A DNA stretch of 64,000 bases from a virus (Duplodnaviria; Caudoviricetes). Shown piece by piece: positions 24,715 through 35,655 of this stretch. The stretch spans positions 10,839 to 74,838 of IMG/VR virus record IMGVR_UViG_3300015214_000004. One strand, written 5' to 3'. The notes beneath the pieces are model-generated. The model ran no database searches, had not been told where the DNA came from, and saw nothing but the letters and a program-made list of their open reading frames with translations. Made by a program: the position numbers and the translations under genes. The stretch's first letter is position 1; every line of letters starts with the position of its first letter.

Positions 24715-25491
24715 ATGAAAGACGAGATAGAATATATAAGGTTATCGAGAGAAGAACTGGAAAAAATAAAACTTGTTCCTGGAAACAATAAGGTATTGCT
24801 GAAAAAACTTACCAATAATCAAAACCAAAGGACAAAAAGCGGTATATGGATAGCGCCAAAACCATTGATACAAAATGTTATTGACCATATAGACAGGGTA
24901 TTCGAAGTTGTACAGGCTCCTGTTAAATTAAGATATGAACCAGCACATATGAGGGGATGGGTAGATAAATGGCACAAATATTTCTGGACGCCTCCTTGGA
25001 AAGCACAGATAGAAATACAAAAGGGTGACATAGTAATTTCTGCTAAAATACAGATACCAAAAAGCGTTCATGTAAAATGTGAAGATGAAATATATTTATT
25101 TCTGGACTACCATGAACTTTATTTGGCATTTAGGCCGGGAGACGGTGAAAAGGAAATAATGGGAAGGAGCATAAAAGAGATAATACCTTTAAATGGATTT
25201 GTAGTTTGTAAAACGATAAAAGATTGTTTACATTCTAAAGTAATATGGTTGCCAAAAAATCCCAATGATAAAATAAAAAGAGGCGAAGTGGTGCTTGTTG
25301 GAAAACCAAACTTAGTATATTCAAATAAGTCAGATACAGATGAAGGGTTTGAGAATTTAAAACCAGGAATGATTATTATGAAAAAAAGCACGCTTGTGCA
25401 CCGGGACTTGGAAAATGTAATGCACGCTGTATTTGATGGCGACAATGAACACTTTGTAATTCAACGGAAAGATATAATACATGCTGAATAA
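24715..25491 (+). CDS. Tandem GroES-like co-chaperonin
   Basis: Two GroES-like starts (KLVPGNNKVLLK; IIPLNGFVVCK), RGEVVLVGKP and VIQRKDII; start ATG at 24715. Confidence 0.6.
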   Translation: MKDEIEYIRLSREELEKIKLVPGNNKVLLKKLTNNQNQRTKSGIWIAPKPLIQNVIDHIDRVFEVVQAPVKLRYEPAHMRGWVDKWHKYFWTPPWKAQIEIQKGDIVISAKIQIPKSVHVKCEDEIYLFLDYHELYLAFRPGDGEKEIMGRSIKEIIPLNGFVVCKTIKDCLHSKVIWLPKNPNDKIKRGEVVLVGKPNLVYSNKSDTDEGFENLKPGMIIMKKSTLVHRDLENVMHAVFDGDNEHFVIQRKDIIHAE

Positions 25492-26150
25492 TGGGAAAAG
25501 TAAACTTAGATAGTATAAACACAGAAAAATTTTATTTTAATCCAAAGAAACCTGATTTTGTCAGGGAATCATTTAAATATAAAGAATTTGATTTGAAAGA
25601 TTTTCCAGAACTCAGGGAAAACTTATTAACATACATAATTGTTTTGTACGACAAAGAATCACCTATAAGGAAGGACAAAGACGCCCAATTTGTACAAAAG
25701 AAAAGACATGCCGCTGAAATATCGGGATTAATGGACAGGGGCAAGATAATAGAAAAAGTGGTTGATGTCCTTTTGGGGGCAAATGACCAGTTCAATAAAG
25801 CAATGGCCAAGTACCTCACATTTCAGCATAGCCTCGAACTGACAAGGGTTGCTATATTGGAACTTGCACAAGAGAAGGCTATTATAAACACCATGAGGGA
25901 CGGTGACGCAAAGTCAATAGATTTGGCCATGAGGACAACAAAAGACCTTGAATCTGCTTTGAACGAAGTATCTGGTGGAAGCGAATGGTATAAGATGCGG
26001 GAAGCGATACAGGAAGAAGCGTCAAAGATGATTGACGGGATAAGGGTTGAAGACCATGTTGAGATACACGAGAAAGGAGAACTTGAAAGCCCTTATCCAA
26101 ATTATAAACAAAAAGACGTCAAATTTATATCACACAGAAAACCGGAATAG
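25491..26150 (+). CDS. Hypothetical protein, possible terminase small subunit
   Basis: Helical 219 aa ORF directly before terL; the TerS guess is positional only. Confidence 0.35.
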   Translation: MGKVNLDSINTEKFYFNPKKPDFVRESFKYKEFDLKDFPELRENLLTYIIVLYDKESPIRKDKDAQFVQKKRHAAEISGLMDRGKIIEKVVDVLLGANDQFNKAMAKYLTFQHSLELTRVAILELAQEKAIINTMRDGDAKSIDLAMRTTKDLESALNEVSGGSEWYKMREAIQEEASKMIDGIRVEDHVEIHEKGELESPYPNYKQKDVKFISHRKPE

Positions 26151-26208
26151 TGACAAATCAAAAGTAGTCATGAAAAAAATATAAATTTGTAGCTCATAAA
26201 CAGGGATT

Positions 26209-28572
26209 ATGAGCATATTGAATAAAGTACCAGAGAGAATTGATTATAAAGACTACTTGCCAGCAGATAAATACGTAGGAATAAACGAGGACGATTCAGT
26301 CCTGACACCAATATACCTATCACTTCCAGAACCTCCAAAATTACAATATATTGACGGATACGGTAAAAACCCATTAGAACAAAAATGGAAACGCCTTGAA
26401 ACACCAAAAAGACTTGAACAACTTGAAATAAAAGCAATAGAACAATTGACAGAAGAACAGCGTGTAAACAAACACGAGACTGTAACTGCATTTAAAATAC
26501 AAGAACGTTTTTGGGAACTGCTGTATGCGCAAAAAGAACATTATGAAGAAGAAATTAAATTCATTAAAAGAATACATTATTATTTACGGTACGGTTATTG
26601 GTGTTTTATAAAAGGAAAACCTACATGGATACCACCGTTTTATTTTTTCTTTTTACAGTATTGTTTTATGCCGGAAGAAGAAATCCATTATCCTGAATTT
26701 AGGGATGCCCATAGAAAATCTGAAATATTTGAACATTATTCATATACGACCAAAGAGACGTTTGTAAATATAGACAAAGATGGGAAAGCTGTCCCTGACG
26801 AATTTGGTGATTTGTATATGCAGGAGATGAACGACCGTGTATCATATGGTGACCAAGAATCAAAAAGAAGAAGGTTTGGGGTGTCTATGAGAAGCATATG
26901 CAAATTGTTTGTAATAGCAATTACAGGTAAAGGGAGAAAATGTATAATAACATCATTTACCCCGGAGGAAGCAAAAGAGAAATTATGGGACCCGATAGTT
27001 ATTCCAATATGGCAAAACCTACCGTTATTCCTAAAACCTGTCAACAACATGACAGACAATCCTGAATACTCATTAGTCTTTAATAAGCCGAGAAATTCGT
27101 TTACAAAAAAATTTCTAAATAGCCGCATAATAATGGCTGAAAACTCAAAACTGACAGCAAGTGATGGTGGCAAATCACATGGCAGGCTTGATGATGAGCA
27201 AGGAAAAATAAAAATTGTAAACACAGAAAAAAGATGGGACATAAATAAACTTACCATGTCGCAAGGTGCAAGGATATTTGGGTACGCCAAACACCCTTCT
27301 ACTGTTGAAGAATTAAACGAGGGAGGAAGGGAATTTCAGAAAATGTGGGAATATTCTAATTTTTATATAAGAAAACCGAATGGACAGACATTCTCTGGGT
27401 TGTTTAGACAGTTTTGGAAAGCATGGGACGGGTATGATGGATTTATAGACCCTTGGGGGTATTCAGTAATAGAAACGCCTACAAAAGAACAATTGCAATA
27501 TGCCCCAAAAAGCGCAACATATAAATCAAAGAAAATAGGGGCGAAACAGTATATAATTGAAAACAGGGAAATACTAAAAGCTAAAGGAGATCAGGATTCC
27601 TTAGATAAATATAGGGAGACTATACGAAAAGAGCCAATTGATTCCACGGAATGTTTTATGGGTTCCAGTGGAAGTATAGGGTTTGACATACAGATATTGG
27701 ACGCAAGGATAAAAGAACTTGAATCTATGAAAAAGCAAACCGTTTCTGGTAATTTTAGGTGGGTTGCGGAAAGATTTGGCAGGGTAGAATGGGATCCGTC
27801 AGAAAACGGCAAATTTGAAAAGTCATTTGATTTGAACCCAAACGAAACAAATAGGAGATTGCCAGGGGAAACATATTCTGTAATACAAGGAAAAATGATA
27901 CCTTCATGGAGGCCTGAGCATCCAAATAAGTTTATTATAGGAGTAGACCCTATTGAATATACCAACAAGTCAGAGGCTAAATTACTTGACAAAAAAATAA
28001 GGCAAAGTGATTTTGCGTTAGCGTTAAAAATAAGAAAATTAAAAACAGACATCGATCTTGATAAAAGAAAATGGGAGGGGTGTCTTGCTGGGTTGACGTA
28101 TAGGTATAGGACTGAATCAATAGATGAAATGTGCGAAGACGTTTTAATGGCAGCTATATGGTCTGAATCTCTTATATTTTTTGAACGAAACAAAGGAACA
28201 ACACTTTGGAGAAACATAATTGAATGGGGGTTTGCCGGGTATCTTGGATATGGTACATCCCCTGACGGGAAGGTAAACGATTCACCGGGAACATATATTC
28301 AGGGAACAAATAAAAACGAAGGGTTCGAATTGACAAGCGACCATATAAAATTTAGGGGGCATAAGGAAAACCATATAGCGCTATTAAAAGAATTTAGAGA
28401 AATACCTGGTCCCGAAATGTTAAAAAAATATGACCTTGTTGCAGCATGGATACAATGTGAATTAGGGGAGAGGTCTGGATATGTTGATTACCTTGAACAG
28501 GTAAATACAGAAAGCTCTTTGGACATAAGTGTATTTATGGAATATATGAATTCTCAAAATTATTTATCGTAA
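26209..28572 (+). CDS. terL: Terminase large subunit, crAss-like
   Basis: KRRRFGVS Walker A-like, DGGK...RLDDEQGK Walker B region, GYAKHPST, nuclease IGVDP and YD. Confidence 0.85.
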   Translation: MSILNKVPERIDYKDYLPADKYVGINEDDSVLTPIYLSLPEPPKLQYIDGYGKNPLEQKWKRLETPKRLEQLEIKAIEQLTEEQRVNKHETVTAFKIQERFWELLYAQKEHYEEEIKFIKRIHYYLRYGYWCFIKGKPTWIPPFYFFFLQYCFMPEEEIHYPEFRDAHRKSEIFEHYSYTTKETFVNIDKDGKAVPDEFGDLYMQEMNDRVSYGDQESKRRRFGVSMRSICKLFVIAITGKGRKCIITSFTPEEAKEKLWDPIVIPIWQNLPLFLKPVNNMTDNPEYSLVFNKPRNSFTKKFLNSRIIMAENSKLTASDGGKSHGRLDDEQGKIKIVNTEKRWDINKLTMSQGARIFGYAKHPSTVEELNEGGREFQKMWEYSNFYIRKPNGQTFSGLFRQFWKAWDGYDGFIDPWGYSVIETPTKEQLQYAPKSATYKSKKIGAKQYIIENREILKAKGDQDSLDKYRETIRKEPIDSTECFMGSSGSIGFDIQILDARIKELESMKKQTVSGNFRWVAERFGRVEWDPSENGKFEKSFDLNPNETNRRLPGETYSVIQGKMIPSWRPEHPNKFIIGVDPIEYTNKSEAKLLDKKIRQSDFALALKIRKLKTDIDLDKRKWEGCLAGLTYRYRTESIDEMCEDVLMAAIWSESLIFFERNKGTTLWRNIIEWGFAGYLGYGTSPDGKVNDSPGTYIQGTNKNEGFELTSDHIKFRGHKENHIALLKEFREIPGPEMLKKYDLVAAWIQCELGERSGYVDYLEQVNTESSLDISVFMEYMNSQNYLS

Positions 28573-28596
28573 TCAATAACTTTGTATAAAAAAAAG

Positions 28597-30945
28597 ATGT
28601 ACAGGGACGAAAAATATGTCAATGGCACTTTTCTTATGCCAGATTTTGAAAACACACCTTTTGAAGAAAAGAAGAAAAAAGAATTCTGCATATCGGTAGG
28701 AAAGTGGCTATATCATTTACATTTGAATGACAAAACGGCAATACCAGCTTCGCTTGAACCATTGTTTCAATTGGCAAGGTTATATGGGGAAGGAAAGCAG
28801 CCTAAAGAAATATATGAAAAAACACCAAATAAAAGCAGTTCAACCGGCACAACAAATTATTTTGACAGAGAGGTAAGAAGAAAAGGGCTTGCCAATCAAA
28901 ATGACAGGATAGTATCGTTGATGCCTAAGATAAAATCTATTATTATCCCAATGTTAAAAAATATAGATTTTGATGTTAGGTGTGATGCTGTTGACCCGGT
29001 GTCTGGATCAGAAGAAGAAGATAAGATGATGAGGGTATGGATGCGGTCACATCTTGGCGGTGTCCTTGATGAAATAGCATTAAGGGCTGGCCTTCCTATA
29101 ACAAACGATGAGATATTCCCGGAAGATTCAAACGACTTAAAGCAATTAAGAATGGAAGGTATGTTCAAGCCAGAACATACAATTGAAGTGGAGGAAATAA
29201 TAAAGCATATACTGAACATATCAAAATGGGACGAAGAGCTTAGTGAAAAGTTTTCAAACGAAGCGTTGGACACGGGATATATCTGCGGATATTGTGATTA
29301 TGACTATGAAGACAAATCAGAAAAAATACATTTTTCATACCCGGAAGACACAATAAAACAATATTCAAAATCAAGGATGTATGCTGATTCAGATTTTGAA
29401 GGTGTAATAATTGATTATCCTATTTCAATTTTAAGATTAATATTACCTGATGTAAGTTTAACGGAATGGATGAATTTGGCCAAAAAATTTCAAGGGTATA
29501 AAGGGAATCAAAATATAGCTGATTTTAACAGGTGGTCAGACACGTATTCAGGTTATGGGTCACCGTGGGACGAATTTAATGTCCCTGTGTTTTGTTATAA
29601 TTGGACAGATGTTGAAAAACAAGAAAAAGTAAAATATACTACCAAAAAAGGCAAAAAAGTAATTTCAGATAAAGACAGGACAATAGAATCGCTTCATACA
29701 AAAGACAACTTGTTTACACACAGAAGAAGGTTAAAAATGGGATGTAAATGGATATTATGTACAGACCTTGCATGGGATTATGGTCCATATCCGAACCAAC
29801 CACACAAAATGACCAGGCCGTTGTCATCTGTATTTATATATCGGTTCCCCTATGAATCTCTTACTATACGTTGTATGCCTTTAATGGACGATTTACAGTT
29901 TGCTTGGAAGAAATATAATGATGCAATGGCCAAAGCGTTTCCTGGGGCGGTGGCCATAGATATAAGCATGTTAAATAACATTAGCGATAACAAGAGCCCT
30001 GGAAGGAAATTAGATTGGACGGAAAACATAAAAAACATGTACAATACAGGGATATTGGCATTTATGCCAAACCCTATAAATGTACATGTCACCGCAAGCG
30101 GTGGAGGGATACCAATACACGAAATACCGTCAACTGTATTGAAAGCATTGTCAGAATACTTATCTGTCATAAACCAGATAGTGTTGTTATTTGAAACATT
30201 TACGGGGTTTAGTCCTGTGTTTTTAGGAGGTACGCCAACAGACAAACAAGCGGTAAAGAATACGGAATTATCTTACAATTCTACATTAAAATCATTACAA
30301 CATGTTGTAGACGGTAAAGGTCTTTTTAAACAAGCGGCAGCGGAATATTGCGCTGAACGCATGAGGATAATACTTGAAATAGATGAAGACGCAAGAAAAG
30401 TATATGAAAGCATTATAGGTGTTGAAGGCGTATCTCTTATTAGAATGGCTAAAAAAAGAGGCGCACAATACGGGTTTAAAATGGCTGCACGTCCGTCAGA
30501 CCAAGACAAACAGGCTGTAATAGAACAAGCAACATTATCATATCAAGCGCATCAACAAGGACAGCCAGGATTAAATGAAGGGCAAAGGACACGTATTATA
30601 TTTATGGTAAACAGCGGTGTCAATCTTGGGAATGTGTCAAGGTATATGGATATGTGGATACGTAAAGACAGAAAAGAAAAAGAAATAGCCCAAATACGTA
30701 TGGTACAGGCACAAAGCCAAGAGGTACAAAAACAAGACCAAACAAGGGGCGCTATAAAAGAAGCGGAAGATAAACGGGCGTATCAGGACAAAGTAAATTT
30801 TGACAAAATAGAAACCGATAATAACATTAGGGAAATAGTTGTACAGAAAGACTGGGAAAGGAAAATAAAACAGGCTGAAAGGAACGCACAATATAAACAA
30901 TCATTAAAAGAAGAAATAAATGCCGGGGCTTCATCCAAAATCTAA
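28597..30945 (+). CDS. Portal protein, crAss-like
   Basis: About 780 aa gene after terL with helical character and a coiled-coil C-terminus; DPVS..E motif; ATG start chosen. Confidence 0.7.
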   Translation: MYRDEKYVNGTFLMPDFENTPFEEKKKKEFCISVGKWLYHLHLNDKTAIPASLEPLFQLARLYGEGKQPKEIYEKTPNKSSSTGTTNYFDREVRRKGLANQNDRIVSLMPKIKSIIIPMLKNIDFDVRCDAVDPVSGSEEEDKMMRVWMRSHLGGVLDEIALRAGLPITNDEIFPEDSNDLKQLRMEGMFKPEHTIEVEEIIKHILNISKWDEELSEKFSNEALDTGYICGYCDYDYEDKSEKIHFSYPEDTIKQYSKSRMYADSDFEGVIIDYPISILRLILPDVSLTEWMNLAKKFQGYKGNQNIADFNRWSDTYSGYGSPWDEFNVPVFCYNWTDVEKQEKVKYTTKKGKKVISDKDRTIESLHTKDNLFTHRRRLKMGCKWILCTDLAWDYGPYPNQPHKMTRPLSSVFIYRFPYESLTIRCMPLMDDLQFAWKKYNDAMAKAFPGAVAIDISMLNNISDNKSPGRKLDWTENIKNMYNTGILAFMPNPINVHVTASGGGIPIHEIPSTVLKALSEYLSVINQIVLLFETFTGFSPVFLGGTPTDKQAVKNTELSYNSTLKSLQHVVDGKGLFKQAAAEYCAERMRIILEIDEDARKVYESIIGVEGVSLIRMAKKRGAQYGFKMAARPSDQDKQAVIEQATLSYQAHQQGQPGLNEGQRTRIIFMVNSGVNLGNVSRYMDMWIRKDRKEKEIAQIRMVQAQSQEVQKQDQTRGAIKEAEDKRAYQDKVNFDKIETDNNIREIVVQKDWERKIKQAERNAQYKQSLKEEINAGASSKI

Positions 30946-31546
30946 ATTAGAGATAATTGAGAATATAGAGAAAAAGAATGTTGATGACATAGATTATATT
31001 GATGTCATGGACAAAATTGAATCTATGATGGAAAAATATTCTACTGTTGACACGGGGGATGAAACATTAGAATCCTTTGATTATTCTGTTTTAAAAGGCA
31101 TGTCCCCTAAAAGCATAACTGATTTTGTTTATGACAACAAAGAAGCATTAGAAAAAGAATATGGAATAACAAATGAAAACATTGATAAATTTATATCAGG
31201 CATTAACAAAGCAAATATAATTCCATATAAGGCACGTAAATCTGGTGGAATTAAGGATGAATATGGAAATATAATAAATACTGGACAGAAATGGGGGTTT
31301 TATAAAGAAATAGATCGTTATGAAAAAGCAAACGACCGTCAAAACAAACCTATATATTTAAGATATTACAAAGATGGCACATATGATGTTTTAGATGAAC
31401 CAACATTTAATGATGAAAAATATTTTAACCTATTGCCAGAAAACATGAAAAATAAAACAGCAATACCGATAAATGAAGGGGAAATGGAAAAATCACAAAG
31501 AGAATTAATGTATGACCGTATATTGTCGCATCAATCTAAGCTGTAA
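30920..31546 (+). CDS. Hypothetical protein
   Basis: 208 aa ORF overlapping the end of the portal gene. Confidence 0.55.
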   Translation: MPGLHPKSKLEIIENIEKKNVDDIDYIDVMDKIESMMEKYSTVDTGDETLESFDYSVLKGMSPKSITDFVYDNKEALEKEYGITNENIDKFISGINKANIIPYKARKSGGIKDEYGNIINTGQKWGFYKEIDRYEKANDRQNKPIYLRYYKDGTYDVLDEPTFNDEKYFNLLPENMKNKTAIPINEGEMEKSQRELMYDRILSHQSKL

Positions 31547-31553
31547 GTCACTT

Positions 31554-31586
31554 TTTGAAAAATGAAAAATTTAATATATATTTTTG
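31554..31586 (+). promoter_or_regulatory. Host-type promoter for the scaffold/capsid genes
   Basis: TTTG (31554-31557), 21 nt spacer, TATTTTTG (31579-31586). Confidence 0.6.
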
Positions 31587-31612
31587 TAAGGAACAAATAA
31601 CAAACAAACATT

Positions 31613-32797
31613 ATGGCAGATGAAAATTTAAACAGCAACGCAGAAACAGTTGAAACAGGAGGCCGGGCTACAACAGAAGGCCAACCAGTAGAAAATAAGT
31701 CAAGTATTGACATTGAAAGTTTAAATACGTTCCTTGAAATACCAGAAGACAAAAGGTTTAAATCGGCAGATGAATTTAAGTCCACTTATTCAGACATGCA
31801 CGGCAGATATGACCAGTATAAAGATGTAGAAAGGGTAAAAAAAGAATTGGGTGAGAAGCAATCTGAGTATGAAACCCATATGAAGGAGGTAGAAGCCCTT
31901 TACCAAGAAGCAAACCCGGAGAAAATATTTGGAAGCAAAGAGGCGTACAAAAATTATTTGATACGCCAACAAATAACACAGGACGGGTCAAAAGATGCCG
32001 GTGTTGTTGACACAATATTAAACAACGACATAAGCAAGTTTGATGAATTGGAGCTTATCTTTTACAATAAAATGATGAATATCCCAGGATTAGATATGAA
32101 CGAAGCGATTGGTGATATCATATTTAATGATTTAAGAAAAAGCGAAGATGATTTTGTTGACGAAGATGGCAATAAAATCCCATTGGACAAAATTAACAAA
32201 GCCGAATTATTCAAGATTTTGAAACCTCATGAAGTTGGCAAATTGAAAGCAATGGCTGCAAATGCAAAGAAAGAACTATTGTCCATAAAGAACACTGACG
32301 TTCAGGCGGACAATAATTATTTCACATCGTTTCAGGCAAAACGTGATGCTGAAAAGAAAGCCAAAGAGGACAAAATAAATTCTTTAAAGGAATCATGGAA
32401 ACCGGTGTACGATTCTTTTAAAGACATTAAAAGCGTTCAATTGACAGAGAAAGACAAAGAAGGAAACGAACAAGTTATTTTTGACTTCCCGATTGACAGT
32501 GGGGTATTGTCAAAGATGGACAAAATCGCAGAGGAGTATGTCGTATTTCATAACATTGAACGGACTGACGAGAACATCCAAAAGGTGAAGGATGATCTTA
32601 TTGATGGGTACGCAAGTAAAAATTGGAGGAAACTTGTTACGGCTGCACTTACCCAGTCTGCGCAACGGGAAGTGGAGAAAAACATTTCTGAAAGGGAAAA
32701 CAGGCAACCCATGAACACCAGGTTAAACACCGAACAGCCTACAACGGATGTAGCCAAAATTAACGATGAAAGGCTCCGAAAGGCAGGTTTTATTTAG
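31613..32797 (+). CDS. Acidic coiled-coil protein, probable capsid scaffold
   Basis: Highly acidic and helical, immediately upstream of the major capsid gene. Confidence 0.55.
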   Translation: MADENLNSNAETVETGGRATTEGQPVENKSSIDIESLNTFLEIPEDKRFKSADEFKSTYSDMHGRYDQYKDVERVKKELGEKQSEYETHMKEVEALYQEANPEKIFGSKEAYKNYLIRQQITQDGSKDAGVVDTILNNDISKFDELELIFYNKMMNIPGLDMNEAIGDIIFNDLRKSEDDFVDEDGNKIPLDKINKAELFKILKPHEVGKLKAMAANAKKELLSIKNTDVQADNNYFTSFQAKRDAEKKAKEDKINSLKESWKPVYDSFKDIKSVQLTEKDKEGNEQVIFDFPIDSGVLSKMDKIAEEYVVFHNIERTDENIQKVKDDLIDGYASKNWRKLVTAALTQSAQREVEKNISERENRQPMNTRLNTEQPTTDVAKINDERLRKAGFI

Positions 32798-32819
32798 TAA
32801 CAATTAAAATTTAAAAAAA

Positions 32820-34343
32820 ATGGCTTTAACAACAAATATTACAATGCCCGAATCCGGCGTAAGGCAGGGGGCGTTTCGTTCAGCGTGGATAAATTCCTCG
32901 TTTTTGGACGACCAGACATTCCGTAAAATGTTCAATCAAGCGGGCAATGTACCGTTAATGGTTGACTTTCTTGATAAACCTGAAAGCAAAATTTATATTG
33001 CAAACCAGGATATGGATATTTATGAAAAACAATATCCTGAAATGGCGTTATTATTAGCTGCCGATATTACTGCCGGTGCAGCAGGTGCTACAATTAATGC
33101 AGTAGTGGATTCATCACAGATTACCGGAGGAAAACATGCGTTCAGGGTAGGCAAATCATTGTTTGTACCGGCTGAATATATGCCAGCAGGAGTTGTTATA
33201 CCACAGGAATATATCATTGAATCACTTGCAACTACCAATAGTGCAAATGATACATGTGTTTGCCGTCCTGTAAATGCAACTGGAACATATTCAACAGCAG
33301 CCCAGATTACATCAACTATACCGGCAGGTGAATACCTTTCATTAGGGGCTGGTGCATCTGGTCCTGAAACAGGTCAACCAGAAGGATTGACATATAGTTG
33401 GGCAAAAAAGACATTTAGTCCACGTGTCATCAAAGAAACCGGTAAGTTAGGTGTAGGTGTTGCCGCAAAACAATGGCTTGAACCGATCAAACTTGACCTT
33501 ATTGGCGGTGGAGAAGGTATATTAAGCAGGATACGTGTTGATTTGGAAAAAAGGTTGCGTAAACAATCTGACCTTTCATTTATAGCCGGTCAAAGGGATG
33601 ACAATGCTGCATTAGTTGCAACGTCTGACTTTGGTGATTCAAACCTGATAAAATCAAGTGACGGTATTGGACATTTGGCTGCACAGTATGCGCAGAATGT
33701 TATAATGCCTTCAAGTGGCGACATAGTGATTGACGACTTTGACAATCTTGCTGAGGTATGGGAATCAGTAGGCATGGAGGCCCGAAACGCAATTGCATAC
33801 ATGTCTCCTGTTGTAAACAGGATGCTGCAACGTTCAGGTCTTGATATAATCAAAGATTATTCAGGAGGTTCAGACCTATTAAACCGTGAAAAAACAAGGC
33901 TTGGTATAACATTGCAAGGCATTACCCGTGGAGGCATCAATTATACGTTTTATCCATTGGCTACATTGACCGATCCGGCAGGTCTTGGCGCTAAAAAGTC
34001 AAATGGTACATATATGTATCCACAATATGCCGAGATGATGCTTATTGTACCTGAAATGGACATTGAAATGAAAATGGCAGGCTCATATGCTAATTATTCA
34101 TCAGGAGAAAGATATTCAGCAGGGACAGTTGGTAAATTTCCTAACATGTTTTTAGGTGTTATCGAGAACAATGGCGAATCACTTGAAAGATGGGGAGGTA
34201 TTTATGAAGGACCTAATGGATTTAGCGGTCCTGACGGTAAAGTTTCTACCGACAAAGCAAAAATTGAAGTATATCACAACACCTCAATAATGCTTATCTG
34301 GGGAGAAATCAATAAGTGTATTTACGTAAGAAGGAAACATTAG
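32820..34343 (+). CDS. Major capsid protein
   Basis: 507 aa Gly/Ala-rich protein after the scaffold, followed by a strong terminator; synteny with crAss-like phages. Confidence 0.7.
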   Translation: MALTTNITMPESGVRQGAFRSAWINSSFLDDQTFRKMFNQAGNVPLMVDFLDKPESKIYIANQDMDIYEKQYPEMALLLAADITAGAAGATINAVVDSSQITGGKHAFRVGKSLFVPAEYMPAGVVIPQEYIIESLATTNSANDTCVCRPVNATGTYSTAAQITSTIPAGEYLSLGAGASGPETGQPEGLTYSWAKKTFSPRVIKETGKLGVGVAAKQWLEPIKLDLIGGGEGILSRIRVDLEKRLRKQSDLSFIAGQRDDNAALVATSDFGDSNLIKSSDGIGHLAAQYAQNVIMPSSGDIVIDDFDNLAEVWESVGMEARNAIAYMSPVVNRMLQRSGLDIIKDYSGGSDLLNREKTRLGITLQGITRGGINYTFYPLATLTDPAGLGAKKSNGTYMYPQYAEMMLIVPEMDIEMKMAGSYANYSSGERYSAGTVGKFPNMFLGVIENNGESLERWGGIYEGPNGFSGPDGKVSTDKAKIEVYHNTSIMLIWGEINKCIYVRRKH

Positions 34344-34349
34344 TCAATA

Positions 34350-34373
34350 TAAGGGGGATTTATTTCCCCCTTA
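34350..34373 (+). terminator. Terminator after the major capsid gene
   Basis: TAAGGGGGA-TTTATT-TCCCCCTTA. Confidence 0.7.
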
Positions 34374-34409
34374 ACTTTTATAATTTAATAAATAAACAAA
34401 CAAAGAATT

Positions 34410-35555
34410 ATGCTTTTAGTAAACATGAAACAAATTGACGATAACTCTAAAATCGGTCAATTTATGAACGCAAAAGTTGCCAAATACCAGGCAATGGATA
34501 AACCAATCGAGTTTGAAAGTTATTTACAGAAGATCAGAAAAAGGTTTTTGGTAGATGAGACAGGTTCTCCTACCGGAATGAGGGAGAGGACACAGGGATT
34601 ATGGATAGGTACACAGGAAAGATATGTTGTTCCGGGAGTAGGAAGTGTTATTGTAAATTATGTCGATAACCTTCCAAATGTAAAACCAGACGGAACTTAT
34701 GATGTAAAAAAAGGTTTAATTGGCATAACAAACGGAATATTAAGGATTGTTCCGAGCGAAAACCCGGACAAAGCCTTTTTTCTATGTGAAATATCAAGTA
34801 TAACAAAAGACGGTGAAATATCTATTGTTGACAGGGTATCAGAGGACAAACAGGAGAATGATAAGATTGCAGATGCCAGTATGGTAGATTTTATGGTCAG
34901 CCATAAAAGTTCACCAATATCGCCTGAGACAATAGGAAGTGAAAACATAATCAGGGACTTAGCGGCAGCGTGGGGCGTCTCTGACAGTGAGAACAAACCA
35001 TTGCCTACCATAAGGAAAGAATTGAGGTTAAACGTCCATAACAGCCACAAGAAAAAACAAACAACAAAACGTGGTTATGATGAATTTTTTAGGGACATTA
35101 ACGATGCCCAAAGAGGTGGCAATGCAGAGATAAAAATGAGAAAAGACATACAACTTGCCATTGAGAAAAACAAAATATCTCATGTTGAAACAAGGGTAGT
35201 ATTATTTCCAGGCACAACAGTTGAAAGGGAATTGTTAAGGCATCGCCCAACAGAATCCGATGTATGGATCGATAAATTATTGACATATTTATTGGCCAAC
35301 CCCGACACGCTGAAAGAATTACGTGATGAACTGTATTTTGTTGAATCAATGACCCAAGAAGAAAAAGGCCGGAATTTTGATATATTGAACATACAGGACA
35401 AAATTGAACAGGTTGGAAAGATGAAAGCATGGACGCAGGTATTAAAATTGTACAAAGAAGAATGCGGCTTGTCAGAAGACGATATACCGGAAGCAAACAA
35501 AATGGCTTACGTTAAAGAAAAGATTATTGAGTATTATAAAAATACCGGAAATTAA
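34410..35555 (+). CDS. Putative virion-associated protein
   Basis: 381 aa gene between the capsid and tail ring genes, with its own terminator at 35580-35611. Confidence 0.45.
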   Translation: MLLVNMKQIDDNSKIGQFMNAKVAKYQAMDKPIEFESYLQKIRKRFLVDETGSPTGMRERTQGLWIGTQERYVVPGVGSVIVNYVDNLPNVKPDGTYDVKKGLIGITNGILRIVPSENPDKAFFLCEISSITKDGEISIVDRVSEDKQENDKIADASMVDFMVSHKSSPISPETIGSENIIRDLAAAWGVSDSENKPLPTIRKELRLNVHNSHKKKQTTKRGYDEFFRDINDAQRGGNAEIKMRKDIQLAIEKNKISHVETRVVLFPGTTVERELLRHRPTESDVWIDKLLTYLLANPDTLKELRDELYFVESMTQEEKGRNFDILNIQDKIEQVGKMKAWTQVLKLYKEECGLSEDDIPEANKMAYVKEKIIEYYKNTGN

Positions 35556-35655
35556 TTCCTGTTTGTTTATTTGTTTAATGCCCCGTTTCACGTATGTGTT
35601 CGGGGTTTTTTAATTTCAAAGAATTTAATATATTAAATTTGTTAAAAAAAAAAGG

